DNA of 64,000 nt from Hemiscyllium ocellatum (lineage: Eukaryota): NCBI RefSeq assembly GCF_020745735.1, contig NC_083453.1, forward strand, positions 15,755,849 through 15,819,848, read 5' to 3'. Numbering within the stretch: position 1 is the stretch's first letter; each line of letters starts with the position of its first letter. Under the pieces are notes generated by a model. The model did not search any database. It saw nothing but the letters and a program-made list of their open reading frames with translations, and had not been told where the DNA came from. The translations under genes and the position numbers were made by a program. This document shows, piece by piece, positions 1-12,884 of the stretch.

Positions 1-499
1 TGTTCGGCACATTGCCTCCAGTTCCTCAGCCGAGTTGTACACGGTTGAGATGTCTGGTTTGGTATAACTGTACTTGGTGCTGTGCCTAATGAGCTATACC
101 AGAATCTTTATTGGTCTTGACAGCTTCAAGGCACAACACTCTTCTATCAGTCATTAGCAAAACAACAAGTCACATTTAGGTAGCACCTTTAAGGTAGTGA
201 AGAATCCCAGAGTGCTGCACATGAGAGCACTCAGACAGAATTTGACATTGAGCCTCATGTGGAGAGGTCAGGGAAGGTGGCCAAAATTTCAGACAGAGGT
301 ATATTCTGAAGGCGGGGGAGGGAGGGAATTCTGGAGTTTGGGAATGAGGCAGCTGAAAGAATGATGGCCTATGGTGAGGTGAAGGAAACCAGGAATGCAT
401 AGGATGCCAGAGTTGGAGCGACAGAGAAATTTCAGAGGCTTGGTGACATAGTATGTTTGTAGGTACATTGCATTCCCATGGCAGTCAGCCCACAAAATA

Positions 500-615
500 G
501 GGCCTCTTGTGGAGCAGTGCTCGTGTCCCTACCTCTGGGCCTGAAGGCCTGGGTTCAAGTACCACTTGCTCCAGAAATGTGTCATGACATCTCTGAACAG
601 GTTGAGTAGGAAATA
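500..615 (+). mobile_element. Short tRNA-derived SINE (also at 15241-15345, 48235-48350, and split around 43740/44630 on minus)
   Basis: Repeated cttgtgg..cagtg..gtgtccctacctctg..gggttcaagt..acatctctgaacaggttg motif. Confidence 0.5.
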
Positions 616-1159
616 TCTACAGGGTGAGCTATGAGGAAAGGATTGCGCCTAAGAATTTGGAAAGCTTGGGCCGCTTTGTATCTATGAGTGAATACAGTGC
701 TGCTCAGAGCAGGGCAATAGGAGTCGCTGCATCTTAAAGGGGGAAGGAAAGTCTCAAACAAGTGTTGAGTTTCTGCTGCTTACCTCCAGTCTAGATACCA
801 TTGTTTTCACTTAGCACCCTGCCTTTGAAGATGACAAAGCATTGCTGAAATTTCTCAGTTAGCCATCCAGATACAGCAGTTTAAGTAACCAGACAATTAA
901 TATAAATGTTAAAAACATGAAGGTATATTCCAGATGAAATAAGCACAATACAGGTGAACAGGGCACTTGAGGAAGGATGCCATTTCCAAGGTTGCTGCCA
1001 AAAGTCTGGAAGTTGAATTGAATTGTTTTAAATATTTGTTAAAACATATAAGTTCTTAGACAAAACACTTGCATCCACTTAAACATACATTGCCCATGTT
1101 GGAATATGCACACCGCTGAGGTTTGCCATGTGAAAGCCTCAGGATGTTAAGTAAATTAC

Positions 1160-1820
1160 AAAAACAGAAATTGCTGGAAAAGCTCAACAGGTGTAGAACA
1201 TCTGTGGACAGAACTCAGAGTTAACATTTCAAGTTCAGTGACCCTGCCTCAGAACTGATAGTAGCTAGGAAAAAGTTGGTTCTTATGCAGAAGATCGGGT
1301 GGGAGGGTTGAGGTAAGGAGTAAGCAATAGATAGAGATAGAGCCCAAAGAGAGAGAAGAACAGTTGGACAGGCAAAGGAGTGGATAACAATCAGCTGAGG
1401 AGAATGAGTAGCTAACAATGGACAATTAGTGGCTAACAATGAGTTATGTGTTTTGGCACACCATGTGATAGCAAGGCCTGGTGTGTAGGGGCTGGGAGTA
1501 AAGACATGGGAAAAGGCGCCTCAAGCCCTAACATTGTTGAACTTGATATTGAGCCCAGAAGGCTGTAGAGTTCCCAAGTGGAAAATGAGGTGCTGTTCTT
1601 CCAGTTTGCGCTGAACTGCGTTGGAACACAGGAGCAAGTCTGAGTTAGGGATGTTATCCAGGGAACAGGGTTGTGTTGAAGTGGCAGGCAACTGGAAACA
1701 CAGGGGATTTTTCTTTGCGGACAGAATATAGATGTTCTGCAAAGCAGTCACCCAATCTGCGCTTCATTTTCCCAATGTAGAGGAGACCACATTGTGAGCA
1801 GCAAGTGCAGTCGACTAGAT
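1160..1820 (-). mobile_element. Penelope-like element 3' fragment (GIY-YIG endonuclease remnant, 3' UTR, degenerate hammerhead)
   Basis: The minus strand translates LVDCTCCSQCGLLYIGKMKRRLGDCFAEHLYSVR then (ORF 1521..1751) RKLEEQHLIFHLGTLQPSGLNIKF, the PLE GIY-YIG with a CxxC insert. Degenerate CTGA...GAAA core at about 1222-1252. Confidence 0.8.
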
Positions 1821-2129
1821 TGTTAAATTTTAATTAGGCTGATTCATCAAGCAGTTTCAGCACCTGACTTTGAAGTTCCAACATCTTTCTTCAGCTGTTC
1901 CAGCCAATTTCCATTTCAAAGCGCACTTTATGGGTCGGGAATAATCGCAGATCACTTGCAAAGTATTGGCAGGTTGTGGCACAGATTTGGCAGGGCAAGA
2001 CATTTCTTTATACTGCATTTCCACTGCGCCACCCTCCCCCCCCAACGGTTCAAGTACTACTTCCTCCCCCACCCACTTCAGCCTCTACCACACAGAATTG
2101 AATTCCAAAGGTTTGCCAAGCCACCACAT

Positions 2130-2470
2130 TTTTAAACTTCATTTACAGGATGTGGGCATCGCTGGCTCAGCCACATTTATTGTCCAGAGGGAGTTAAAAG
2201 TCAACCGCATTGCTGTGGGTCTGAAGTCACATGTGGGCCAGACCAAGTAAGGACGGCAGTTCCCTTCCCTAAAGGAAATTAGTGAACCAGATGGGTTTTT
2301 CCAACAATCGACAATGGATTCATGATCATCATTAGACTCTTAATTCCAGATTTTTCTTTTGAATTCAGACTCTAATGTCTGCTATGGTGGGATTTGAACT
2401 CAAATCTGTGGAACACTAGCTGGGTCACTGGTTTAATATTCGAGCAAAAATATCATTCAGCCACCACCTC
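2130..2470 (-). mobile_element. tRNA-headed SINE (family with ...tggtctggcctacatgtgactccagaccc... core)
   Basis: Homologous to the plus-strand copies at 12295-12580, 23010-23370, 24015-26995 (split), 37850-38190 and 44720-45135. Confidence 0.65.
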
Positions 2471-2729
2471 ATGAACACTTTGTTAAGAAGGATTTGAACC
2501 TCCTGGGCTGTAATGTGAGTTAATAAGGAGGCAGAATATTTGTTAAATAATAAGTGATATGTAATTTAACAGGAAATCCTTTGTACTTGATTTATCAAAG
2601 TGGTTCTGAAACTAAAACTGAGCAGAACAGACAATCTCTGGGTTCCTTTCATGCTAACAGTGTGTTTCAAACAACCCCCATGAGCTTCCATTGTTTGATC
2701 TGAACTGGTATTTGATCTTCTTCCACTTT

Positions 2730-3102
2730 AGAGTCATAGAGATGTACAACACGAAAATAGACACTTCGGTCCAACTCATCCATGCCGACCAGATATCCCA
2801 ACCTAATCTAGTCCCACCTGCCAGCACTTGGCCCATATCCCTCCAAACCCTTCCTATTCATATGTCCATCCAGATGCCTTTTAAATGCTGTAATTGTACC
2901 AGCCTCCACCACTTCCTCTGGCAGCTCATTCCATAAATGCCCCACCCTCTGCGATAAAAAGTTGCCCCTTAAGTCACTTTTATATCTTTCCCCTCTCTCC
3001 CTAAACCTATACCCTCTAGCTCTGGAATCCCCCCACCCCAGGGAAAAGACTTTGTCTATTTAGCCTATCTATGCCCCTCAGGATTTTATAAACCTCTATA
3101 AA
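2730..3102 (-). mobile_element. CR1 LINE 3' fragment
   Basis: agagtcatagagatgtac...ccatgccgaccagatatccc... 3' UTR shared with 21560 and 56105. Confidence 0.85.
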
Positions 3103-3362
3103 GGTGAGAACTTGGGGTGGCATTTGGCTAAAGTAAAAATCCAGCTCAACAACATTCCATTTCTCATTCCACACACAATGCTTCATCTGTGCAGCTACAT
3201 GCCTTGATCAACACACGTCTGCACTATTCGGTCCACTTTGGTCTGTCTAAACTAACATCAGTTTCTCCACCTTTTGCCAATGTTTACCTGCCTCTGGCAC
3301 TCAGTCCGAGCAGCTGTTCAGGCTGAGCCCAGTGATGTCCTAAGGTTACTGGATCCTGATCT

Positions 3363-3520
3363 GAAAAAGCATTTGGATGGGTATATAAATAAGGAAGGGT
3401 TTGGAGGGATATGGTCCCGCTGCTGGCAGGTGGGACTAGATTGATTTGGGATATCTGGTCGGCATGGACAGGTTGGGCTGAAGGGTCTGTTTCCATGCTG
3501 TACATCTCTGTGACTCTGTG
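3363..3520 (+). mobile_element. CR1 LINE 3' end
   Basis: gcatttggatgggtatat...gggtctgtttccatgctgtacatctctgtgactc. Confidence 0.8.
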
Positions 3521-4928
3521 GCTCGAGATTCCATCTTTCTGCAGCTTCCAAAACATTAGCAGCTTCTTTCATTTTCTATTATGCCTGTCCATCAGAACTT
3601 TGAGGTGTTCTCCTTAGCTTTCCTTTCACTTCCACCCTTCAATCCTCAAATAATACAAACCTCTCTCACCCATGCTCTCACTTGCCTAGTGATGCCCGCT
3701 AAATCCATCTTTGTCCTCTCCCAACTCTTGGTGACCCAGGGATTGAGTTCATCCTCAGTTTCGAATCCCTCCATGGTTTCTCCTCAGTGTATGAGTAATC
3801 TTCTCCAGGGAGTACCCAACCCAGACCTCTCCATTCCTCTGGCTCAGGATTGCTGCTGCTCTTTCATTCTTTCTGCTTAACCAGTGGGGACTGATCTCGC
3901 AATCATTGCACCTCTCTTCCAAAACTACTTCACCTTCCTGCTACACTTTGAAAATATCTCTCTTGTCAGGTGCCTTTGGTTCTCACTGCTCTATTTCCCC
4001 AACCAGTCCCCTGCTACATGTCCAGCTTGTAAGAACTGAACTGGCCCTTTTATGAGGGACACAAACTTCGTAACAAGGTGTTGCCTCATGTTTGTTGATG
4101 GTGGCTATTGACAGGTTTCTGCTGTGCTCATCCTTGCTGTGGAATCACTTTTACATCCGTTATCCCTATGAATGACAATCCTGGATCCATGCTGCTACAA
4201 TGCATACAGATCTTACAGCAAACCATCTCCTCTGTCAGTGATCCCACCGACATGCTGAACACTGCAGGGGGCGGGGCGGGGCGGGGCAGATTGTTGTGTT
4301 CATTCTGAAAATGCCGCTGGCCAGAGAATAAGCAGAGTGGCAGTTCCAACTGTAGTGGGCACAGGCTGCGAGAAAGTGGAAGAGACTTAATAAACAGGGT
4401 CATGCTGGAGCCCCTGTACACATTAGGAAGGGTTGGCACAGACATTCACCTCAGTGATAGCATCAGGTGCAAGTTCAAGAATAGATCCAAAGGTTAGGAG
4501 TGGGACGAGGCAGCTTTGAAAGGACTCAGAAACTCAGAGGTACCTATCCACTCCCCCCCCCCCCCCCCCCCCCCCCACCCTCCCCCCACCCCCGACCAAG
4601 TCACCAAGCTGAGCTAATAAGATAAACCACCATGTTTGAGATGGCCTCTTAAGACCTTTAGCTCATTGGTAATTTCCCCTTCTCAATCACTTGCTGCAAG
4701 GATTAGATGATGCCAAAGAGATCTTTAGCAAACGTGCTGTTGCTTTCATCCCCTCCCCTATAATGTCACACTGATGTCTGTCAATCAATTGTGACAAGGA
4801 CAGTCTCCAGTCATGTTACACTTGGGTACGCCTTTTGTCCATTATAATATGTAGTGGAAAAAAAAGACAGAAAGAGTCTGTATTGCATGAGAATGAAGCT
4901 GGCCCGGTGTGGGCAGCATTGTGATGGT

Positions 4929-5387
4929 TTACTTGCACACGTTGACCCACTCGCTCACCCTGCACTCATCGCACAACACATAGCAACACCAATGGAACCG
5001 GCAGTGGCACCGCTCACTGCGGCTCTGCTTCAAGATGTTGTGCCCTCTCCCACAGCATAAGCTGTCACAGTTGTCCATCCCCTGGCTTGTCTTATTGCAG
5101 ACCCTTCCCCGTGTGCCTGGAGAGTCCGTGCCAAGGTCCTTCTCACAGAAATCAGGAGATTTCTCAAAGTACACCATGTCCTTGTAAATCCTCTTCCTGC
5201 TGGGCTTCAGGCTGAACTGGCCTGTGTTTTTATTGTGCGTTTTGATGAAGACCGCGTTCTGGAATCGCTCCTTCAACACAGCCCCGACCCGTCGAAAATC
5301 AGGGGTCACCTGCCAGCAAGTTTTAAACTGGCAACTGCCGGAGGTGCCGTGACATTTACACTTGCGTTTCATGTTGTCAATCACTGC
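4929..5387 (-). CDS. wnt10b: Wnt10b last coding exon ([25 protein letters not shown]...EWVNVCK*); full CDS 1152 nt, 383 aa
   Basis: ORF 4929..5498. Lipidation motif [10 protein letters not shown] and Cys-rich C-terminus [23 protein letters not shown] as in WNT10B. cag acceptor at 5390-5388, TAA stop at 4931-4929. Confidence 0.96.
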   Translation of the reverse strand, partial: AVIDNMKRKCKCHGTSGSCQFKTCWQVTPDFRRVGAVLKERFQNAVFIKTHNKNTGQFSLKPSRKRIYKDMVYFEKSPDFCEKDLGTDSPGTRGRVCNKTSQGMDNCDSLCCGRGHNILKQSRSERCHCRFHWCCYVLCDECRVSEWVNVCK

Positions 5388-5667
5388 CTGAAATTCAGAA
5401 GAAAAGCAATCAAACAGAAAGAGCAAAGGAAGGACTAGAGCAATGAACAGACTGACTAACCCCTCTCCATCACCCTCTGAATACAACACACAAATCAAAG
5501 GGAATGATCTGATAGGACCCCTGTTATCAGATGCTAGTCTATCCTTGCCTGGAGCAGTCCAATCTATGACATACTTGTAAATCTCTGGCAGTCCTGCTCA
5601 TAGATAGCTGGGAGGGCAGAGATGTGAGTGGGGGAGAGGTGCTTCTTCACTGGAAAAATGAGAAAGC

Positions 5668-5930
5668 AAAGAAAGACTTGCATTTACATAGCGCCTTTTT
5701 TTCCTCCAGGGCATCCCAAACGTGCTTTATGCTAATGAGGCCCTTATCGAGCTGTGAACACCATGGCAAGGTTGGAAGTGCAGCAGCCAATTTGCGCACA
5801 GCAAGCTCTCGAAAGCGGCAATGCGATCAGATAATCTGCTTTTGTGATACTGATTAAGAAATAAAACATTGGCCAGGACACCAGAAAGAATACCCCCTCT
5901 CTTCTTCCAAAAGATTGCAGTAGAATCCCT
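5668..5930 (-). mobile_element. Deu-type SINE (SacSINE1/AmnSINE1-like) 3' half
   Basis: acttgcatttacatagcgcc...gcagccaatttgcgcacagcaagct...cattggccaggacacc matches my recollection of the DeuSINE 3' region. Confidence 0.6.
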
Positions 5931-6669
5931 TCCAAAAATAAAAGGAAAATGCTAGGAATACGGAAATGTGCAGCAGCATATCTGCACCCATCATGGAAAA
6001 AGCAGGAAAAGACCTCAGGTTTGCTGCTCTCTCTTTTCTGCCTTCTCACTATCTGCAAGTTGATCTGTTTCTGTGCTGTATGACTCAAAGTTCAAAATGA
6101 CTATGTCTATGATCGAGGACCAACTAAGAACAGTATGCATCATTTACAGCCTCACCCAGAGATTTTAATGGGCTCGGGACATTTCAGTTTCCAATTTCAG
6201 GGGTATAATATATTCCTAGCAGATCTGCGACATTGCTCACAGTGGTTCCTACTGTATTGCTCTCATTCTGTGCGTCTGATTTCTCTGTGCAACTTGACTC
6301 ACAGTCGATGTTTCACTTTCAGTTAATTTGTTGCCGCTTGTGATAGTTGTACCTTGTGATAATTTATCTGTATTCCTGTGCTGCAATTTGTGTGCATATG
6401 TAAGTTTACCAGAAGATGTATGAGGGGATGCCATGATATGTGTTGAATGATATTTGTTGTAATGAATCTTTGTTTGTTGTTGTAAACCATTTCAGTGTCT
6501 GTTTTGTTTCATCAGTCAATGAGTGCAACATTGGGAACTGCTGGCTTTGTTTTCTCAAAGGATTCTGCATTTCTAGTGGGATGCATTGCTGATTTGTTAC
6601 ATAAAAGACTACTCATGTCCACCTCTGTAATATAGCTCAACTTTGTTGCTGCCTCAGCTCATCAAAACC

Positions 6670-7430
6670 AGCAGAAATAGGAACATTTGGCCCCTTGAGC
6701 CTCTCTGCCATTCAATAGGAGCATGGCTGATGCACCATTCTTCATGTTCACTTTCCAGCCCTTTCCCCATAACCCTTGACTCCCTGACTGATCAAGGATC
6801 TACCCATCTCAGCCTTAAATATACACAAGAGCTCTGCCCCAATAGCTCGCTGTGACGTGCAGTTCTGAAGACTCATAAGCCTCTGAGAGAAGAAATTCCT
6901 TTCATCTCGGTCTTAAATTGGTTCCCCTTTATGTTGAGACTATGCTGTCTGGTCCTCGAGTCTCCCATGAGGGGAAATATCCTCTTAGCATTTACCCTGT
7001 TAAGCCCCTTAGGAATCCTGTATATTTCAATGAGATTACCTCTCATTATTCTAAATTCCAATGAGAGTCCCAACCTGTTTAGCCTTTGCTCATAAGGCAG
7101 TCCCTCCATACTGAGGATCATCAAAGTGAGCCCTCTTTGAACTGCCTCCAATGAAATGATATCTTTTCTTAAATAAGAGGACCAAAACTGCTCTCAATAC
7201 TCCAGATATGGTCTCACCAGCACCTTGTACAGTTGCAGTAAGACTTACCTACCATTATACTCCAACCCCCTTGAAATAAAACTAACAGTCCATTAGTCTT
7301 CCTGCTTACCTGCTGCCCCTGTGGGTTAGCTTTCTGTGTTTTGTGTACAAGTACACCTCAAGTTTTCTTGTGTTACAGCTTTCTGCTTTTTTTACCATTT
7401 AAATAATATTCTTTTCTTTTACTGTCCCTT
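6670..7430 (-). mobile_element. CR1 LINE 3' fragment
   Basis: ORF 6873..7151 (AVQR...GLPYEQRLNRLGL.SLEFR.MRGNLIE). Confidence 0.85.
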
Positions 7431-8328
7431 CAAAGTAAATTGTGACGTAGGATAACCTGCAAATGGCCGAGAAGGATTCCAGATAACCCCCCCCTCAGTT
7501 GCTAAAAAGCAAGCTTACAATTAATTGATGGCACAGTATCTGGGATGGAAGATGAGATCAATGGTGAAGATGGAAAGCAATTGTGGCCATTGGGCACCAG
7601 CATTGGCAAAAATGGTGGTAATGCGAGACAAGTTCGTCTGGAAGCAGAGCAGAGGCAAGCACACACACAAGATAATGTTCATGAAGAGTGGGGTGGAAAT
7701 GGAAAAAAAATTAGATGAAAGGCAGATTATTTAGGAGATTAAGAATATTGAAAACGAGGCCAAAATCAAGACCTTACTGGGACCAAATTGAAGGGAAACT
7801 CAAAATGATTGGAAAGTCAGCAAGATATTAAGATTTAAATTTTAAAAAGTGAAAAAGAAAGTTATCAAATGCACACACAGTAGAGAGAGTTCTATAGGAG
7901 CACTGAGAATAAATCAACAGGATTCCAAGACACTGTGACAAGCAAGTGAGGCCTAACATTGAGATTCCTGCTATAGTGCCACCCACTATCTTCACAGTAA
8001 ATGTGGTCGTCTTAAAGTGAGAATTCTCACAGGAAGTGTTTACATAGCAGCTTCCAATGGAATGTGCATCTGGTTTTGACATAGATAGATATAATGAATA
8101 ATGAAGGCAAGAGTGTGGGGGGCTAAATGGCTTCCTACCATTCTCTATTATTTATTATGCACTAAAATTGCAGAAATGGGCCTTCAGTTCTCAATTCATA
8201 TCACATTTTAAATGATCATTGGGAAAGACTTGAATAGTTTAAGAAAAAGGTCTGTCACCAGATATAGAAGGACTATCTTGATGCTGGCTGAAAGACTTAA
8301 CAAAATTTATGAATGAAACTCTTCATAA

Positions 8329-8644
8329 GGGCGGCACGGTGGTACAGTGGTTAGCACTGCTGCCTCACAGCGCCAGGGACCTGGGTTCAATTCCCACCTC
8401 AGGCGACTGACTGTGTGGAGTTTGCACGTTCTCCCCATGTCTGCGTGGATTTCCTCCGGGTGCTCCGGTTTCCTCCCACAGTCACAAAGATGTGCGGGTC
8501 AGGTGAATTGGCCATGCTAAATTGCCCGTAGTGTTAGGTAAGGGGTATATGTAGGGGTATGGGTGGGTTGCGCTTCGGCGGGTCGGTGTGGACTTGTTGG
8601 GCCGAAGGGCCTGTTTCCACACTGTAAGTAATCTAATCTAATCT
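8329..8644 (+). mobile_element. HE1-like V-SINE, full length
   Basis: tRNA-like head (gtggttagcac...gggttcaattcc), V-domain tgtgtggagtttgcacgttctcccc, CR1-like tail gggccgaagggcctgtttccacactgta plus (aatct)n. Confidence 0.85.
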
Positions 8645-10065
8645 TCAGAAATTGAAATGTCGTACATGGAGAGACATTACTCATTGTGATAGTTGTGTGT
8701 GTGTCCTCCTGGGCCCTATTATCTCACATCTGCCTGGTTTCAGTTTAATTGAGTGTGTGAAACTTTTCCTCAAATTACTGGTGTTAAGAAATTGAGGATG
8801 AGTGAAATCAGTCAGAAAGAGCAGGGATTTCCTGATCAACTTCCTGCATGCACTGAAAATGGATTCTTCCTATGTTGAAGAATTAAATGATACATTTAAA
8901 GCAGAAAGTTGCCAAATCAGTAAAGACTGCAATATAGATTCCAGTCAGACATAATCCTAATCACAGAAGACAGCCTACTATTGTCAGATGGTTAGTAAAG
9001 GTAAGAGGTGGGGCAACTAGCAGTAATTTTAAAAAAAAACTAATTAAAAGCAGACAGTGTCTTCAAACCAAAACCAAAACTTGCCAATTTCAGCCAATAT
9101 TCTGCCATGGTCACACAGGCATCTTTACACTCCTGTGCCAAAGCATGAGTGTTCCAACTAGTCACCATATTGGCACTGTGTGCCCATGCATTCAGCTCAT
9201 TGGCATACTCAGCTTATTCAAACATGCTTTCAGGACAACATGGATGTATAAATTGTTAAGGATTTATGTTAATAATCGCTACATTTCATCTGTGCTAGCA
9301 TATAAACTACAGCCACTTCTATCCACCATCCTGATCTTCATGCCCTTGGGAAACAGGTTTGGCTGAGGATTTAACATCTCTCATAAGATGGCTCTGTTGG
9401 ATTGTTGAAATGACCAGCAAAGCAAGGCCCAAGACAGATTTTTTATTTTGAAAAGCAGATACTTATCCCCCTTTTTTTCAGATTGCATAACTCTCGTCTT
9501 TGGTTTAGCATTTGTGTCTTGTGAACACGAGCAGTTGTTGCCTGGATCACAGCCCAAACTATAATTAGCGACACTGGCTCAATCGAGATTCAGGCATTTC
9601 ACTCTCAACTAGGACGGACAGCACTTCCCCAAACCTGGTTTACAACCCTTCACCGCCAGCCTGAGGGACTCAACTGCTAATGCTACAAACATCGGCGGCC
9701 TTCCTTTCTGATTTAAAGACAAACAGATGACAATTCAGCAGGCACAGGTACAATTCCCCCGGAGATAAGATAATTGAGCGCCGCTCATATGCTCTTTGGC
9801 GCCGCTAACATGCTGATTGGCGCTGTTTAACACTCAGCTACAAGTCGGAGCAGCTTTTCTTTAGAACTAGTGGGATATTGGTTGCTGTAGAACTGAAATC
9901 CTCCAAAATTCTCAGATCATATTACCGAGATAGAATTAGAACATTTTAAACTGACCTTCCTTTCATCCCAGAGTATACTAAAGATCAATTTCACTGACAG
10001 ATTCTGGACAAAACGACGGGCACCAGACTGACCAATGAATGGTCCAGACACACAGATGTGTTTAC

Positions 10066-10430
10066 CTGTCTTCCCAGCTTGTTGTTGTGCAGTCTCATTC
10101 TCCCATGGATGTCTCTCGAGGTTTCCCGGGAGTCCAGAAAGTCCCTGGAGAACTTCTCCCCGAATTCGATGTCATGGTTGCAGTCCCCCCGCTCCCAGGA
10201 GTCCTGGAGGCCGGGGTAACGCTGTTCGGGCTCGAGGATCGAGACTGGGATGCCCTGGGTCAGGGCCTGCACCCGGAGCTGGTGGAGCTTGAAGCGCAGG
10301 TTCTGGTCGTCTTCCCTCCGCTTGAGGTCGCAGCCGCAGCCACGGAGCTTCCCCAGGCTACAGGCTGTCGCTACCGAGTGGGTCACCCCCGCGGCCAGCA
10401 GCGAAAACATGAAGGCGCTTTCCCGAAAAC
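10066..10430 (-). CDS. wnt10b: Wnt10b coding exon 3 ([28 protein letters not shown]...[14 protein letters not shown]...HNNKLGRQ)
   Basis: Overlaps ORF 9991..10410. cag acceptor at 10433-10431, gtaaa donor at 10065. CNHD and [14 protein letters not shown] are WNT10B-type. Confidence 0.95.
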
Positions 10431-11084
10431 CTGCTCGGACACAAGAACATGAGGGTCACCGAGGTACAATTCCAAGGCTTGACACATTGAAGCGAAGCTG
10501 GCCGCTGAACCGAGATGCAGCAATGGGCCTTCAGCGTGTTTGTTGCAACATTACTAAGTGGGAGAGGCCTGAGCTTAACACAAGCGCCTGCAAAATTACC
10601 ACACACCACTTCAGAATGCTGTCCATCTCTTTCCACAGTCACACGCTTCCCAATGGAGTTACATGAGGACAGACGGAGGCCATTCAGCCCCGCCAGCCTG
10701 TTCTCCCATTCATCTGCATCCTGCTAGCCCAGCTCCCCACCCTGCCCCTTATGATGGTGTGTTATAGACCACTCGGGCTGTTGCATTTCAGATGACTGTA
10801 TTTCAATTACATGTTGAGTTTCACGTAAATGTGCTTCACGTTCATGACAATTCCACATTCAATTACATGTTGCATTCCATATACTGTATATGTTGTAGTC
10901 AGGATCAATGGGCAGTGATGGTAGAGGGTCCAATTTCTTTCCATCACATGGCTGACCCAGAATCTCTCCTGCTCTTACTGCCTGCTATTGGGTTAAAAGG
11001 ATTTGCAGGTTGAATGTTAACCTGTTCGGCTGTGTTATGAATACAACTTCCCTGGCCATCTAGCCCTGGAGTGAGACTTGACCC

Positions 11085-11660
11085 GGTTGGCAGAGCGACT
11101 ACACTATGAACGCATTAACCAACCCGACCTTCCGATTGCCACCCACCTTAGTTCCCCCTCCTGGTCCCCCGGCAACACATTCACCCTTGGCCTCCTCCAT
11201 TGTCAGAGTGAGGCCGAATGGAAACTGGAGGAACAACACCTGATATTTCGCCTGGAAAGCTGACAGCCCAATGGCCTCAATGTCGACTTTACCAGCTTCA
11301 AAGTCCCTCTGTCGCCAGCCTTCTCCATGACTAGCCCTCCCCCTCCTCCTTGCCTCCCTGACCTGACCTAACCTGTCCATCTTCCTATTCATCTATCAGC
11401 TCCACCCTTCCCACTGACCAATCACAATAATCCCAGACCTGCATCTACCCATCACCATCCCACCTACCCTTCCTCCAGCCCAACCCTTCTCCCTTTCTTT
11501 ACTTCTGGACTCCCCTCCCCCTCCCCAGTCCTGAAAAGGGTTTCGGCCCAGAACAATGCCTTTCCTGCTCCTCGGACGCTGTCTGACCTGCTGTGCTCCT
11601 CCAGTTTCACATCTATTGATTCTGACTTCTAGCAGATGCAGTCCTTACTGTCTTTGTCTT
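11085..11660 (+). mobile_element. Penelope-like element 3' fragment (GIY-YIG C-terminus, 3' UTR, degenerate hammerhead)
   Basis: ORF 11078..11263 reads PDLPIATHLSSPS...LGLLHCQSEAEWKLEEQHLIFRL, then *QPNGLNVDF. ctgaaaagggtttcggcccagaac at about 11531-11554 is followed by the same tail as other copies. Confidence 0.8.
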
Positions 11661-12884
11661 GATGCTGGGGGAGAGGGGTGGGGAACACCCTATCGAACAA
11701 AAATCTATCCACTGCAGTTTTCGAGTCTTTGCTTGGCTTCTGACATACACAGCTGTTTGGGGTGCGAGGTCGGAGGGAAAGAAGAGAGTTGGAAATTTCC
11801 ATTCCCATTTGTGTGAAGGAGTGCTTCCTGGCATCTCCCTTGAGGGGCCTTGCTTGAGTTTTAAAGTTCTGCCCCTCCTTCTGGACCCTGCACCCTGTTC
11901 CCCCCCCCCCTCCCCCAAACCATCTGAGGAAATTGTTTCTTTCCAGCAGTTCTATAAATTCCTTTAATAATCCTTAGTGGGTTCATTACTTAACCACCAA
12001 GCTTAAGGAAATACCACCTTGTCCTTCTGTACAATTCCTTTAACATATAACCTGATGAACCTGTACCCACTCCAAGCTCAAACATTCTTCTTAAGATACA
12101 GAACCCTGAACTGAGTGCAGAACTCCAGGTGCCATCTGTTATATTCAAGTTTCCTTGAGATATTCTTCTTTCTAATTGTTTTGTTGTACCTTCCTAATGT
12201 TTTCAGTGATTCTTGCTCACAGATTCCCTAAACTCTGTAGCCATTTACAATTCTGGCATTTCATTAGTTAGAAGGGAACTTACTGTATGGGGAGGAGGAA
12301 CAGTGAGTAGGGACATTGTCACTGGGCTAGTAGGTAACTGGTGTAATATAAAATTTGTCTCAGTGATGTTGAACATAACCAATTGTTGTAAAAACCTACC
12401 TGATTTCATTTGTCAGGAGGTCAGTAGATTTTTTTGGCCAGGCCAGCATTGACATGGTAGGCTAAAGAGCCTTTTTCTGTGGTGGAGATCTCTATGACTT
12501 TTATGTCTTTAGGGCAGGAAATCTGTCATCCTTACCTTGTCTGGCCTACAGGTGACTCCAGACCCACAGCAATGTGGTTATGAACATATGATTTAGGAGC
12601 AGAAATAGGCCATTCATCTGTCAAACCTGATCCTCAATAAGATCATAGCTGATCTGTTTGTGTTTCAAATTCCACATTTCCGTCTAGCCTTTAAACAGAA
12701 ATGTACGTAAGCTGAAGCAGAATGCTCAATCTTGGCATTGAACAAGCAATCCTATTATCAGGGACTAAGGGCTTTGGATATTTTGCTCTGAGGTTTGCTT
12801 TTGTAAGAGGCAGGTATTGCCTAATATTTCTAGCTTGTAAGAAAACTGTACAGTCTCAAATTTGTGCAATACAAGTGTATTGAA

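Noticed and set aside
8329-8400. tRNA genes at SINE heads (also 500, 55717)
   Set aside because: A/B-box-like heads run straight into SINE bodies; I found no complete cloverleaf.
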